This document shows, piece after piece, positions 22,875 to 35,900 of a stretch of DNA of 64,000 nucleotides. Source of the stretch: Nageia nagi. Lineage: Eukaryota; Plantae; Pinophyta. The notes under the pieces were generated by a model that was not told where the DNA came from, searched no databases, and saw nothing but the letters and a program-made list of their open reading frames with translations. The stretch covers positions 185,442,001 to 185,506,000 of the forward strand of contig JBITNC010000001.1 of assembly GCA_050084985.1 (NCBI GenBank). Direction: 5' to 3'. Numbering within the stretch: the stretch's first letter is position 1; each line of letters opens with the position of its first letter. The position numbers and the translations under genes were made by a program.

Positions 22875-25270
22875 GATACTTAAAGGTTGATTTTGAGTAA
22901 AGGAGGTTCTTCTCTTTCAAAGAGAGAACTAAAGAATATGACACTTTCAAAGCATCTCAATATCTCGTATCCCATCACAACACCTTAAAGTTACATTAGA
23001 GGATATGAAAGAGAAATTCAAGAGCACATAATTATTGAATTCCCATTAAAAACTCTCATCCATGCAGTGATAAAGAGTCCCCATATCAACACCATTGATT
23101 ATTTAATACCAAAAAAATCAAATTCAAAAGGCTTAACTAAAGTTACTAGGAATATTAGAACATGAAGACCTACCAAAATGATTCATGTGGAAAATGACTA
23201 TAGCAGGACTATGAATAATGAGATAATGGACATAAATTTGGATACAAAGGAAGGAGAATTTGTTAGAAATGATCTTGTAATAGGATAAAGTTTCAATAGT
23301 AAGAGATCCCTTAAAAATGCCAGAGAAAATGATTCAAATGATAGAATTAGTACTTTGAACAGCTTAGGTTCTAAGAGAAGTTTGAGGTCCAGTAGGAGAT
23401 CTCATTTAAGTAGCTCAAAAACCAATGATTCCAAGTTGAGTAGTTCCAAAACTAGCATTTTATAGAGTAGTGGTTCAAGAGAAAAAAGGAGTGATAAATC
23501 TAGCAATGATGAAGAAAGTAATGATAATCCTCCTCCCAAAAGATTAATGGAACAAAACATTTAGGAAACTCCCTTGATTTGAAGATTATTAACCAATTAT
23601 ATCAATCCTATTTTGGTGAAGAAGTCATTTTTGTTGAATAATTTTATGAAAAAGAATCCCAAGAATGAGTAACATGACCTCCCATGGAAGGTAACTCTTC
23701 TTCCATTCAATCACATTCATATAAGGAGAAAAAATCCTCTTCTCTTCCTAAAGAAATTAAAATGATATATAATAAAAAATATACTCCTTAGAGCAAGAAA
23801 TATGAAATACTAGGAGATGGAGATGATGAAGAAGAAAAAGTGAGGAATAAAGGAAGAGAAGAAAAGAAACAAAGAATTAGGGAAAGTCAAGAAAGAAGAT
23901 AGTGCAACACTCCATAACATAGCAATAAGTAGCACCTTTAGTAACACATCAAGTATAATTAATGATTATACCTCAAAAAGTAATTGGAGTAGCAAAAGTC
24001 CTCTATATAGAAATGCAAAATCCTACAATCTAAAGAGTCCCAACAGATGAGTGATGAGATTGAAATTTTGATATGGATGCTTATACAGATAGAATGCAAG
24101 AATTCTACAAGGATGTGATAGAGGGAAATAAAGATATTGAAACTAAAGGAAAGAAGGAGAGTATGGAATGGAATGCTTCCCCATAATGAGAGAGGATGGA
24201 ATGAATATAGATAAACTCTTTTCCAAGAAGAAAAATCCCAAAGGTCTGGAGGACATGACTATTGAAATCATGGGAATAAAAGAAAAAGTTGGTTGGTAAG
24301 GTTATAAGCATATCCTTCACACTATGACCTACTTTATTGAAAAAATAAGTTTTAAGAGAGAGAAAGAGCTCAAGGATATCAAGAAAAAATTAGCCCAAAA
24401 GAATAAGAAAGTGAAAGAGATTAAGGTAGCTAATATGAGCTTAGAATAGATCTAGTTATCAGGTTCTTGGACCATAGGGATCAATTGCAAAAGGTAAGAA
24501 TTAATAGATTCAATAATCAAGAGTATTTGTAAGCTTGAGATGGATTATTCATCTTTCCTAGCCCACTAAGGGATAGTAATAGAATTGAAGCAAAAAATAT
24601 ATAAAATCTAGGAAAGGCTAAAAAAAACTTTCAAATGATTTAGAATATGGAAAACGAAGCATCAGTATCCTTGGAAGAAGGAAGGATGAATTATGCCACC
24701 CAATTTTACATCCATCATGATTGGTTTCAAGGTGCCTTAAGCAAGTATGAATATTTGGTTGAAATGAGATCTGAGTTGGAAAAAGAAAATGAGAGATGAG
24801 CTAGAAAAGGAAATCAGACAATGTATGGATGTGTTCAATATTGGGATACAATTCATCCAAGAAAATGGATATGATAGGAACATAGATGAAATAGTATTCA
24901 AGATTGAGGACCTTTTGTATGAGCTCCTATGAATCAAATATGTGAACTTGATCAAGACTAGCATAATAATTGATCATGATAGGTCAATATATGCCTAGGA
25001 ATATTAGATGATAGAAACTTGTAGGTCAATTGGGGATTACTCTAGTAAAATGAACCTCATCAAGAAGATTCTAAAAGTAGAGCTACTGATGAAAGATTCC
25101 TTCTTCAAATATGGATACAAGAAGTATGACATATCTGATGCCAAATGGGAGCAATTTTTGAAGGATACTATTTAAACTGTATTGGTCACATGCATATTGA
25201 TTTTCATTATTGATGTTATTGTAAGACTTGAACCGTGAGGATAAGTTGAGCTCCTGCAAATTCAAAGTCA
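22875..25270 (+). pseudogene. Accessory ORF of Tat-like element, C-terminal low-complexity/coiled-coil part
   Basis: Resumes right after the copia 3' LTR/TSD; S-rich, D/E-rich and K/E coiled-coil-like segments with many stops. Confidence 0.55.
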
Positions 25271-25311
25271 ATGATTCTAGATATGTTTTGTTGTATTAGG
25301 CTATAGTTAGT

Positions 25312-26505
25312 GGGTAAATACAAGAATTTGAGTTCAACATTGGGGGAAGTCTAGGAACTTACTTATTTTAAATGTGGGTTCGAGATCCCATTCCCTCATG
25401 ATCTTAGGCTAGTTTGGGATCCCTAATCCTGATCAAGATCTTGTGTGGACCAAGACACCATGTGGACTAAGATATTGACTCCTAAGATCTTGGGGGACTA
25501 GGATCTTGCCCCCTAAGATCCCTAAGGAACCCTTAAGATCCTATGGGGAACCATTGGGATCTTATAGGGAAACTCAAAATCCCATGAGGAACCCTTAAGA
25601 TCTTGAGGGGAATAGGATCTCAATCCCTTTAAGATCTCAATTATTAAATTTAAATTTTCTACCTACCCTTCTTGGCTTAGAATTAGGTTTAATGACCTAA
25701 CCTTTGGCTTGAACCTGCAACTTCAAGGTCATAATAATGGCAATAGACTTTACTAACTTTGGACATGCATTTGATGATGTTTTTTGAAGAATAATTTTAC
25801 TTTATTTTGCAAGATTTTATATGAGAGAGTGATGATTTCAAATATGTTATTTTTTTATAATTCAATTATATTTTGTATTTTTAAAATAATTTTTAATAAA
25901 AGAGGGTCCATAAACTTTGAAAACTAGGTTTTCATATTTGTTTAATAATTTTTTTAGTTTTTTTAGAATTATGAAAAAAGAAATATGTTCACATTATGCA
26001 TACAATTCTTCACAAGTTAAAAAAATAAAATAAAAAATAATAAGTTTAGGTCAAATTATGCTTGAGGGACATGAGCACTTTTTAAAATGATAATAAGGGC
26101 CAATAAAAAATAATTTTAAAAATATTAATAAAAAAATTACAAAAAAATATCTTGCACAATATTTAGTGTCTTAGGTATCTTTTCCCAAAAGGATTTAAAA
26201 AAATATTATAATTTAGGTCTAATTATGCTTGAGAGACATGATGGGGGTGTGGTCCTCAAACTATATTTTTTAAACAATGGGTTTTAAACATGTCTATCAA
26301 AAATTTATTTCTATGATCTGGGTATTGGAATAAATTACATAGTTGGAAACTATACTTTGAGTACTACATTTTTAGCCAAGTGAACATTTTCAATATTCAT
26401 ACTCTAAGTGCTTCAAATTTTGATCAATTATGACCTAACTTGAAAATCAAGGAAAACACTTCCACTTTTTGGCCAAAAGGGGTATTCATCGTCTTGTACT
26501 TACCC
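25312..26505. mobile_element. Non-autonomous TIR DNA transposon (~1.2 kb), superfamily unassigned
   Basis: TIR GGGTAAATACAAGA / TCTTGTACTTACCC (13 of 14 match); flanks TAGT / CAGT; internal ~20-bp ccttaagatc repeats at 25380-25640; no ORF. Confidence 0.75.
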
Positions 26506-29500
26506 CAGTACTTTGGAAATATTAGGCTATCATAGAAATAATAATTAGAGTTATCCCTTTAGTTGTTTTAGAGGGAATTATGTTTAATTAGTTATATTAG
26601 ATATTGTTATCAGAACTTGACCCTTCAATTATTTCAAAGGGAATTTTGATATTATGTCAAGTTGTGTTAGTTACTTTTCATTAAATATTAATTATTTAAT
26701 TAGGGTAACAATTATCAAAATCAAATGTATAAATACCCCTTTTGGGATCATTTTTTATTCATAATGGAATAGAGAGAAGCTTGAACAAGAATATTTGGCC
26801 TTTGGTGTTTGTTCTTGAGTTGTGATTCTATGTTGATACTATAATTGCTATTTGTTTAGTGGGGTTGTGGAATACTTTATATCATATCTATAATAGTTGT
26901 TTATTCACTTATGAAAATTTTCTTTAAAAAATTTAAATTTTAGGGAAATAAGAATGATATCATTTTGAATTGAATAAGTGATTAATAGTTTCATACTTGC
27001 TCTCTAAGTATTGTATTTTGGAAAAATCTACTTCTATATTATTTAAGTGGAATCTTGCATGCAAAATAGTAACTAGTGATTGAATATTAACATATATTTT
27101 ATTATCCTTTATGAATGATCTACTTCATGCTTATTTAAATTTGTACTTTGGGTATTATTGTTGTGTACCTCTTTAATTTAATAGCTGCATGAATATTCCT
27201 GCCAAACCTAGATCCTATATCTTCCAAAACCTACATTACTAGTGAATCTTTATCATTCGCACTAATTCCCATTGAATTTATTGCATTATAATTTTTTTTT
27301 ATTTATTGATTTTCCTTTTTGTTAACAAAACCCCAAAAAATTTCCATTAATGCAATTCTTTAATAGGTCCATATAAACCTATGAGTTAATATTCCTATCA
27401 CCTAGTTTACTGAGATGATCAACCTAGTAATTTATATCCTCTAGAGGTATGATGGATCTATAGAAATTCTAGTCCTAGAGGTCAAAAATCCAATTAGTCT
27501 TGTAGGGTATTCATTCCCTTAGAGAAAATATAGGTAATTCTATCTCACCATATATATCATAGAGGTCTCTTTCTCCTGCTAAGTAGGCCTTCGTTGTGAC
27601 CTTGTAAGAGTAGGAAAGAAATCCACACCAACATATGGCTTTGTGTAAGAATTTGTTACTGTATAAAAAATATTGATAGAAAACCTACATACATTAAGCA
27701 TATTCAAGGATTTTTTACTAAAAAGTTGCATTCTTTGAGCATATATGATGTCATTATTTCACACATTATGCATATTGAGGACTTTCAATCAATAGTTTGC
27801 ATACTTGAGAGCATTTGTAAGACATGTATTATAGTCTTGCTATATACATACATGAGTTCTTATTATATAAGAAATTTGTATCTTAGTATTATTGTTCTAC
27901 ATACTCAAGGGTGTTGGAAATATTGGAATTATAATTTAAGTGATTTGTAGATAACATGAGTATAATTAAGTAACAATATTTTGTATCACAACTTATTATT
28001 CTGGATAATGAGCCAAATATGTATCAATGACTAAAGCATGAAATACTCTAAAATACATATCAATGAGTAAGATGTGCAATGAAAAAGAGTATTAAATGAT
28101 CTTCAACCTCTAAATTATGCACCATATAGGTTGAGTAAATGTCCATGGATATGTAGCAAATGGGAGTGAATGAATAGGAATGGGATGGTGATGCATGATT
28201 AAATATATTTGAATGAGACATATCATTTCCATCTATTTCTATGTCCTTACCCTACATGTATGGGATGTATATGACCCAGCACTAGTCATCCCTATGAACA
28301 TGCATTATTTTGATATGTTGGACCAATCAATGCATTACACATGGCAGAATGAGTTTGGTTGGCAAAAAACAAAATTGGCAAGTACAAAGTTAACTTGTTG
28401 ACATGTCCTTCATTTGCATATCGTAAGGCTTAAGAGTTAAAATTTATAACCTCTCTAATGTGTAAGCTTTTGTAAGAGTAAGATAATTATAATATATCTA
28501 TAAAAAGATAGTTCTCCTAATATTCAAAAGTAAAATAACAAGGCTACTAAAAATGAAAATGATATAATATCCTTTATCTCTTCTTCTTTATATTAAATTT
28601 TACATCAACATATATACTATAATCCATATTTACACTTCTTTATTCCATATTTGTGTTCTAATTCTTGACATTAAGTTTGATTGATATATTAACCCTTGTT
28701 TAACTTTCATACATTTGCACCAACATATGAATATATCTATCCAAACATATTTTTTTCATATAATATCAGAGGGAATAGTAATTTATTCTTTCAATATTGC
28801 TATATAATAGGTGAGGGAGATTACACCAGCAATTTTAGGTATTTTTGCAAAGCAATTAACATGAATAATATCAAAAAAAATTGGCCTTCTCTTTGCACCT
28901 ATACCTTAATGACCTATATGAACTTCATGTTTCACAAGAAGCAATATTATTTCTATTTGATTTCCTATCTAATTGAGCAAGTTACAATTGTATCAAAACT
29001 ATCATGCCTATGTAAGATTATTGCTAAGTAGCCCAAGGTTTGGTGAAAATAGTTCCTACTATTCTTCAACCAACAAAAATGAGTTCAGGATCTTGTAAAA
29101 CTTGAAACTTATATAAGTATTATCTCTTAGATTAATGGTAGAGTTTTGCATATCTTAAGGTTTCATATTAATGTATGAATGCATATGAATCTTTAAAAAA
29201 ATATAGCATAAAATAAAAATTAATAACAATGTTGCATTGTGCTCCTTAATGATGTAAATTGCTCCTTTAGTTAACTTGAGAATTCTTGCTACAATAAAAA
29301 GATAAACATCAAATGAATAATTACATATTTAGGCCAGGCTATGCACTTTTCCTTAGGTATATGTATGAATTTAACTAGTAAATTATTGAAAGTAACTTAT
29401 CATTAACATTAATGCAATTTGATCCTTAGCTATGAATTACTATAGCCTAACTGATAAATTATACAATGTCAACTAGTGATACTTGTAAAGTAAATAATAG

Positions 29501-30064
29501 CTATAAAGAACATGGGTGTTATAGAATATTTATAATTACTCTATAAAATATCCATAATTATTAAATGTTGTAAAATTGAAATGGATGATCCAAATACCCC
29601 AATAATTTATAACACAATCATTATATATATTGTAATCATTATTTTCATGGCTACATAAGAGATAAATCATTTTCATGGGTGACACATAATCATTATAGCA
29701 TAACACATACTCAATTTCATGGCTACAAAAAATATTATAGCATAACACAATCATTTGTAAGACTTAATCACTTATAACATTTAATATAATTTTGGGAATG
29801 AACATACATATTATTTGTGTCACATAATCATATTATTTTCATAACTATAGAAAAGATACATTGATACTATGCATTATACTCATAATGATGCTGTAAAATG
29901 AATATTGTCTCTTATAGTCTATGATTTTTATGTGTATATCTAATCCCTTTTCCTTCAAAATTAGGGATATATATGATTCCCAACCTCAATCAAATGATGC
30001 AAGAAAGGAATTAGGAGGTGTGTTCTGATCCCATGCTGTTGGATTTGGATTTAGAGTTGTCATT

Positions 30065-32432
30065 TGTTAAGAACTCACTATTTTATAATAACCCAATTAT
30101 TCATGAATACAAATAAAACCACTCCAATATACAAATACCATTCAAATATGCAAACCCATTAAACACACCACTTATTGAAGTAACTAAATCACTTGCACCA
30201 CTTCAAGGGGGGCACCTCCTAGAGAATAAATTCTATCCTTAAATGAAATATATTTCTTATTTGACGATTACAATAGGAAAGGCCTCAATAAATAGCCCTT
30301 TGTGACCCTTTACCTTCCAAACCTATTACATGTGGGATAAATATTAATATAACATAAATAATATGTTATGGGGTCATAACATTTCCAACCCCTTAAGTAA
30401 GCTTTATCTTTAAAGCTTGTACACACCATACATTAAAACATAATAGCCTACATTAACATAATCTCACCACATATCACCACAAAATAGCCTACTAATATAT
30501 TAAGGAGGGTTGTTACATTTTTAACCCCTTTGAAAATATTTATCCTCAAATATTTCCAAAATATAAAGTACAATCCCTCCATAAACAATAGAGAGAGTAA
30601 AGACCCAAGGAATCTAACTCATCCAAAGTAGCCTATAATGTGCCACATCTAAATAGGAGCCCATATGAGTATCAAAATCTCACCAAGGTAATGATAATGC
30701 TGTTATAAAAGAGTGGGAAATAAAAATAATGGTCTAAAAGAATTAATAAAAAGCCCACCATGCTACCATTGCATTATAAAATCATCTTGGGATGCTCTAA
30801 AGTCTGGTTGCACTTTGAAATCTTGGCATGAATACCCCATGAAATCCTGCTAGTCTACCATGTACATGCTAATATAAGTGAGAGAGATATTATAAAATTC
30901 TATAAAATTCTCCAATAAATTTGAATAAATTAGATTCACATCATTTGCATTGATACAAGTGGGAGGAAGGGCCTCACACTCTATGTCATGCTCCTCAATA
31001 TTCGAAGAAACTAACTCCTCAATAATAAACCCATGAAGGTATTAATAAGGAAAAGTAAGTTTTTTTTGAAGAGTTCCTATTGTATTAATTATATAATTAA
31101 CCATGTCATTAAATTCAAGTTTATCCTTTTCAAATGTTTTCCAAAGTTTATTAATATCCTCTTCATTCTTATATTGTTCCAATGTATGTGTATGTAAAGG
31201 TGGAATAAAAGTATCCTTTTTGAGAAATTGAACTTGCTATCAAATCAATTGAATTTTTATTTAAATTTTTACTATATATAGGTACCATGAATAACCATAT
31301 ATATCTGAAATCTTATTCCAAAATGATATCATATGCAATAGTTATGAAGATTTCACCTTTGCCCCTTTATTTATCAAAATTACAATCACTAATTTTATAA
31401 TAAATAGAATAATCCTTCTTGAAATAATATGAAATTTTTACTAAACATGTACAATACTAATATACAAAAACTCACAGAATTTCATAAGAGAATTCAAATG
31501 TATGAAAAATATATGGTTGATTTACTCTTACCTCTTCTAGATCTTGGAGCATTTATAAGGAGACCCTATTTTATTTCTCATAAAATATTCAATATAATTT
31601 CAAAAATTCTAAAATTTAAATTGTGTACTTTTGATATATAAATATAAAAACTATTCAAATTTTAATAGTAAAATCACAAGTATGAAAAATATATGATCAA
31701 ATACTTTTTCCTTTTTTTTTTTTTTTATAATTCTAGATCTAGGGTTTTTAAGGGGAAATACAAATCTTCTCATAAATTGACTAATACAAATCCAAACAAT
31801 ATGAATGTTGATATAATTATTCTCTTATATATACAAAACTTATCTAAAAATTTTATAAACAAAAATCTCTTATTTCACCCTATACAACCACTTTATTATA
31901 AAAATTGAAATGCTTATAAAATATGCAAACAAGCTCCAAAATACCTAAAATTTTTATTGAGACTTTTTGATGTAATTATTCATAAAACATAAAAATTCCA
32001 TAATAAAATTTATCTATATGTATGAGATATGAATGATTCAATTTAAGCCAACCAAAATAAAACCCTTCAACTTCTCCAAACCCACAAGTGCCAAGACCAT
32101 GCTCTAATACCACTTGTTAAGAACCCATTATTTCATAATAACTAAATTATTCAAAAATATATATAAAACAAATTTAATATGCAAATACTATTAAAATATG
32201 TAAAACCATTACAAATACCACTTACTAAAGGAACTAAATTGCTTGCACCACTTCGAGGGGGGCACCTCCTAGAGAAGAAGTTCTCTCCTCAAATGAAATA
32301 TTTTCCTTAATTAATGATTACAATAGGGAATGCATCATATAAATAGCCCCTTTTTACACTTTATCTTAAAAAATTATAACATGTGGTATAAATACTAATA
32401 TAACATAAATAAGATGTTATGGGGTCATAATA
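30065..32432 (-). mobile_element. Non-autonomous LTR retroelement (2.37 kb, TRIM/LARD-like)
   Basis: LTRs 30065-30381 and 32115-32432 (roughly 80-85% identical by eye); TSD TCATT on both sides; PBS TGGTATTAGAGC (32101-32112, minus); PPT at 30382-30397; no recognisable pol. Confidence 0.9.
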
Positions 32433-32699
32433 TCATTCCATGATTTCCAGTGATGTTTAAAAATTGATTTGGATTTGTTGTTTTCATTCCATGATTTGGT
32501 AATGGATTTGGAAATTGATTTCTATAAATGTTTGGATATGGAGTGCAAGGTAGTTGGGATTTTTGAATTGAATTTTGAGAGTATTTGAAAGCACTTGAAA
32601 ATTAGGGTAGATTTATTTTAAGTCCTACATTATATTATGATTCTTTGGTAATGGGTTAATAGTAGTGATTAACTATATTTGTATATACAATTCCCTTTG

Positions 32700-35600
32700 G
32701 TCCATATCAATTTCCTTTTTTTTTTTTTCCCTTTTTAAGCTTGTGTTTCTCCCTTTTTGGTTGTTTTTCCTTCTTCTATAGTAGTTTCAACTGCTCTCAT
32801 TCTTTGTGATGAATTTCTTTATTAACTTTATGTAGCTTCATCAATTCTAATTCTAGAAGTCATGAAGCCTTCCTCATTTGTACTTGATGTTTCTTTCTTA
32901 ATTTAAGGACTTATACTTGTTTCTTCATTTTATCTTACTAATTAAGATACTGATGTAGTCATCACTAGTTAAAAGTTGAAACTATCAACTCAATCGAATA
33001 CCATTATCACTAACAATTTATGTTCTTTGGTGGAGGATGTATACTGGTTGCTTTAGGAATTTGGTTTTTGTTGGTACACCTTAGGGTTTACTTTATTAAC
33101 TTAGTTGGGAGGCCATGATGTCCTATCCTTCCTTGATAATTTCTTGCATATCTTGGATGAGCTGTGTGCTACCATCATCACTAAGAATCTCACAATTAGC
33201 ATAATAGTGTACCAGTTCCCCAATGGAAAATGTGGTTGGTGGATATGGGAAGGAAAATATTCCATAATATTTTTAAGGGAATTAAAAGTTCATTTAAATG
33301 TTCATAGCTCCCTCCAATATCCATAATGGAGACCATCCTTAGTATCTACCATTCCACTTGTAATTGGATGAGAAAAAATTGGTTCAACAACACTAATTTC
33401 ATTTACAATAATTGGATGAGTGGAAATTGGTTCAACATAATTATGGTCTATATGTTATTATAATTTATCAATTGTAATAACTACACTTGAGAGACTAAAC
33501 AACTCCTACACTACAATTGGATCTTCATGAGATTTAACTGAAAAGTCTCGCTTAGACGCATATCATTCACTAGTGCATTAGGATTTAGTGGCCATGTCCC
33601 CATCCTTTTAAAATTAATAATGGTATTTAAGTATGTCAATAATTTCTATAGGGACATGTATCCAAGTTCATCCAATTCAATCCTAATTTCTATGTAAGAA
33701 AATCTTACCATTTGTGTTGGTCTTTTAGTTTCGAAGATTATTTTGAAGGGCAAAAAGATGCTAACATTTAATACCTGTAGTTTATGTGATGTGTGTGTAC
33801 GAAGAATTAGAAAATCAATGGCCAACATCCTTTCCTCTTAATTACTAAAAAATTTCTAACTTGCTTCCTTTTTTATGTCCAAACATAGTGTACTTTATTT
33901 TGAACTTCAACACCAAAAAGTGATACAAATTTTAACATAATCAACCCAATAGTTTTGCATCCAATTTGCATTTAATATTTGCATCAGAATTTACATCAGA
34001 TTTCCAATTTTTGAATTGTTTTTTTACATCAAATTTTCATAATTTGTATCATTTTTATAATTGGCATCAATTTTTGCATTGAAATTTCATAATTTATGTT
34101 AGTTTTTATGTTGAATTTTCATTATTTGTGTCAATTTTTATGTTTTTTTTTTTGCATTGGTTTTCATAAGAAAATATCATATAATTGTATATCTTTTAAT
34201 TCTATGCAAATTTTTTTAAAATAAGCTCAAAATGATATTCAGATCAAAAGTTATGGCCTCTACAAGGTACATCATTTTTATTAGGTATTTGGGGCAATGA
34301 CATAGGTCCATTAAACCAATTGAAGAATGGGGTTAGTGGTTTAGGTTTTAAAAATTTGAATTTATTATATATATTTTTTCTAAATAATACAATAAGATTT
34401 TTAATGTTATTGTCCATTTCTTGTTGCCTACTTCTTTTTCAACCTTTGAAAGAATTTTCTTTTCTGCAACTATGGGCTTATTCTCTTTTTTCTTTTATGC
34501 AACTATGGAGTTTTTTATTTTTATTTTTTTATGGGCTTATTCTCTTCCTTGGGCACCATAGCTACGATCAAAATTTGAAATCTAAGGAAGAAAAAATTAG
34601 CTAAAGTGTATGAAATGTGAGGATTATAGGGATGGTTTGTTGATATATATAGATAGGAGAGGGTATTTAGCTATTGGGTAATCACTTTTGGTACAAATGG
34701 ACGATGAAATGAAAGTGAGCCATTTATTGATGAACATGTAAAATTTGTTCTATGTTTTGTTAATGAAATGTGACACAAAATTTGTATCGAAATTTACATC
34801 AAAAAAGTGAAAAAATAGAAAAAAACATTAAAACGATGCATGTTGACATAATAGGATGCAAATTAACATTGATTTTCATTTTTCATATGTTAAGACACAA
34901 AAAAGGATGCAAATTGACCTTTTTGGTAGTAGTGCTTTTATTGTTTATAGATTAATATGGCTACCATGGGCATAAAATATGAGTAGATAGTTATTTGTTG
35001 GTGATATTCCTCTTAGAAATAAATGCATGAAGTGGTGCAACTAGCTAAGGAATAGTTATTTCATCATCCATGCATATGGCTAGGATGCTATACAAGTACA
35101 TAGTTTATAGCTTGAAATATAATTTTGTAGCTTCTTCTTTCCCTTGAATAGGTAGAAGCTTGATAAACTATGACCAACAACATTAACACAAACTAGAATA
35201 GTGACCCATTCTTGATTCTTCAGTAATGTGTATGACACATTCTAACTTCCTTTTATAGCTAACACCCTCATTACACCATTTCTAACATATTGAAGTTCAA
35301 TCTCATCATAATTCTATATTCAATGAGAACCATACGGGTTTGCATTATATGCAAATGAAAGTGTATCTTAAAAGGTAAAAATAATAATAAGTATAAGGTT
35401 CACTACCCTATCCTTTTCTATGCCTTTAGCTATGTGGAAGGTTAGTTCTAGATTCCTCCTCTTAAAACTAGTCTACTAAGACTTACCATCAATCCCATCC
35501 TTGAAAGGGTTTAGTATTAACTATAAAATATTAGCTACCTTTTCCTCTAGATTGATAATATCAAGGCCATGGCCAAATGCAATCATATCTTTGCACCATT

Positions 35601-35900
35601 CTACAATTTCTCCTCTCCTTCTACTACGAGGACTATTGAAGGATCATTTTTAGACATGGATGTAATCCCACTTAACCAATTGCTGAGTGTTGTTGTTAGG
35701 ATTTTACACTTCTTTATTGCAACCCTTGTTAACATCCCATTCTCTTCCACATTATGAAGAGAAGCAACCATGTACACAATGGATAACTATTTTTCAAATC
35801 TGCTCTTACTTATTGGTGTGGTAGGAAATTATTCCATTACTGATGGTTCATGACTATCTTCCACTACTATTGATATTGGTTATTCTTCTTCATTAGGATA
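32700..35900 (-). pseudogene. pogo/Fot-like (Tc1-mariner group) transposase relic: HTH, CENP-B-type HTH and DDE_1
   Basis: Manual translation: EIVEWCKDM, GHGL..NPFKDGIDGKS**TSFKRR, I*NYDEIEL, EWVTILVCVNVVGH..FYLFKGK, AWMMK*LF, LLIFYAHGSH, then the CACTA insertion, then LRTHTSHKLQVLNVSIFLPFK and a K/E-rich tail. Confidence 0.85.
33840..34934. mobile_element. Non-autonomous CACTA (En/Spm) element, 1095 bp
   Basis: Right end ...GGTAGTAGTG; ~48-bp imperfect TIRs; 3-bp TSD CTT at 33837-33839 and 34935-34937; subterminal tttgcatc / gatgcaaa repeats. Removing it rejoins the pogo reading frame. Confidence 0.88.

Larger units (their letters stand above)
3843..27633 (+). mobile_element. Tat-like Ty3/gypsy element (pol, long 3' region, accessory ORF, 3' LTR) hosting the insertions at 10078-22869 and 25312-26505
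   Basis: pol 3843-6220; accessory ORF resumes at ~22875 after the copia insertion; LTR-like tract with TATAAATA near 26728 ending ...ccacaccaaCA at 27633. LTR start not located. Confidence 0.6.

Noticed and set aside
27634-29940. AT-rich tract with short ORFs, possibly a DNA-transposon relic
   Set aside because: No motif, termini or repeat structure I could verify.
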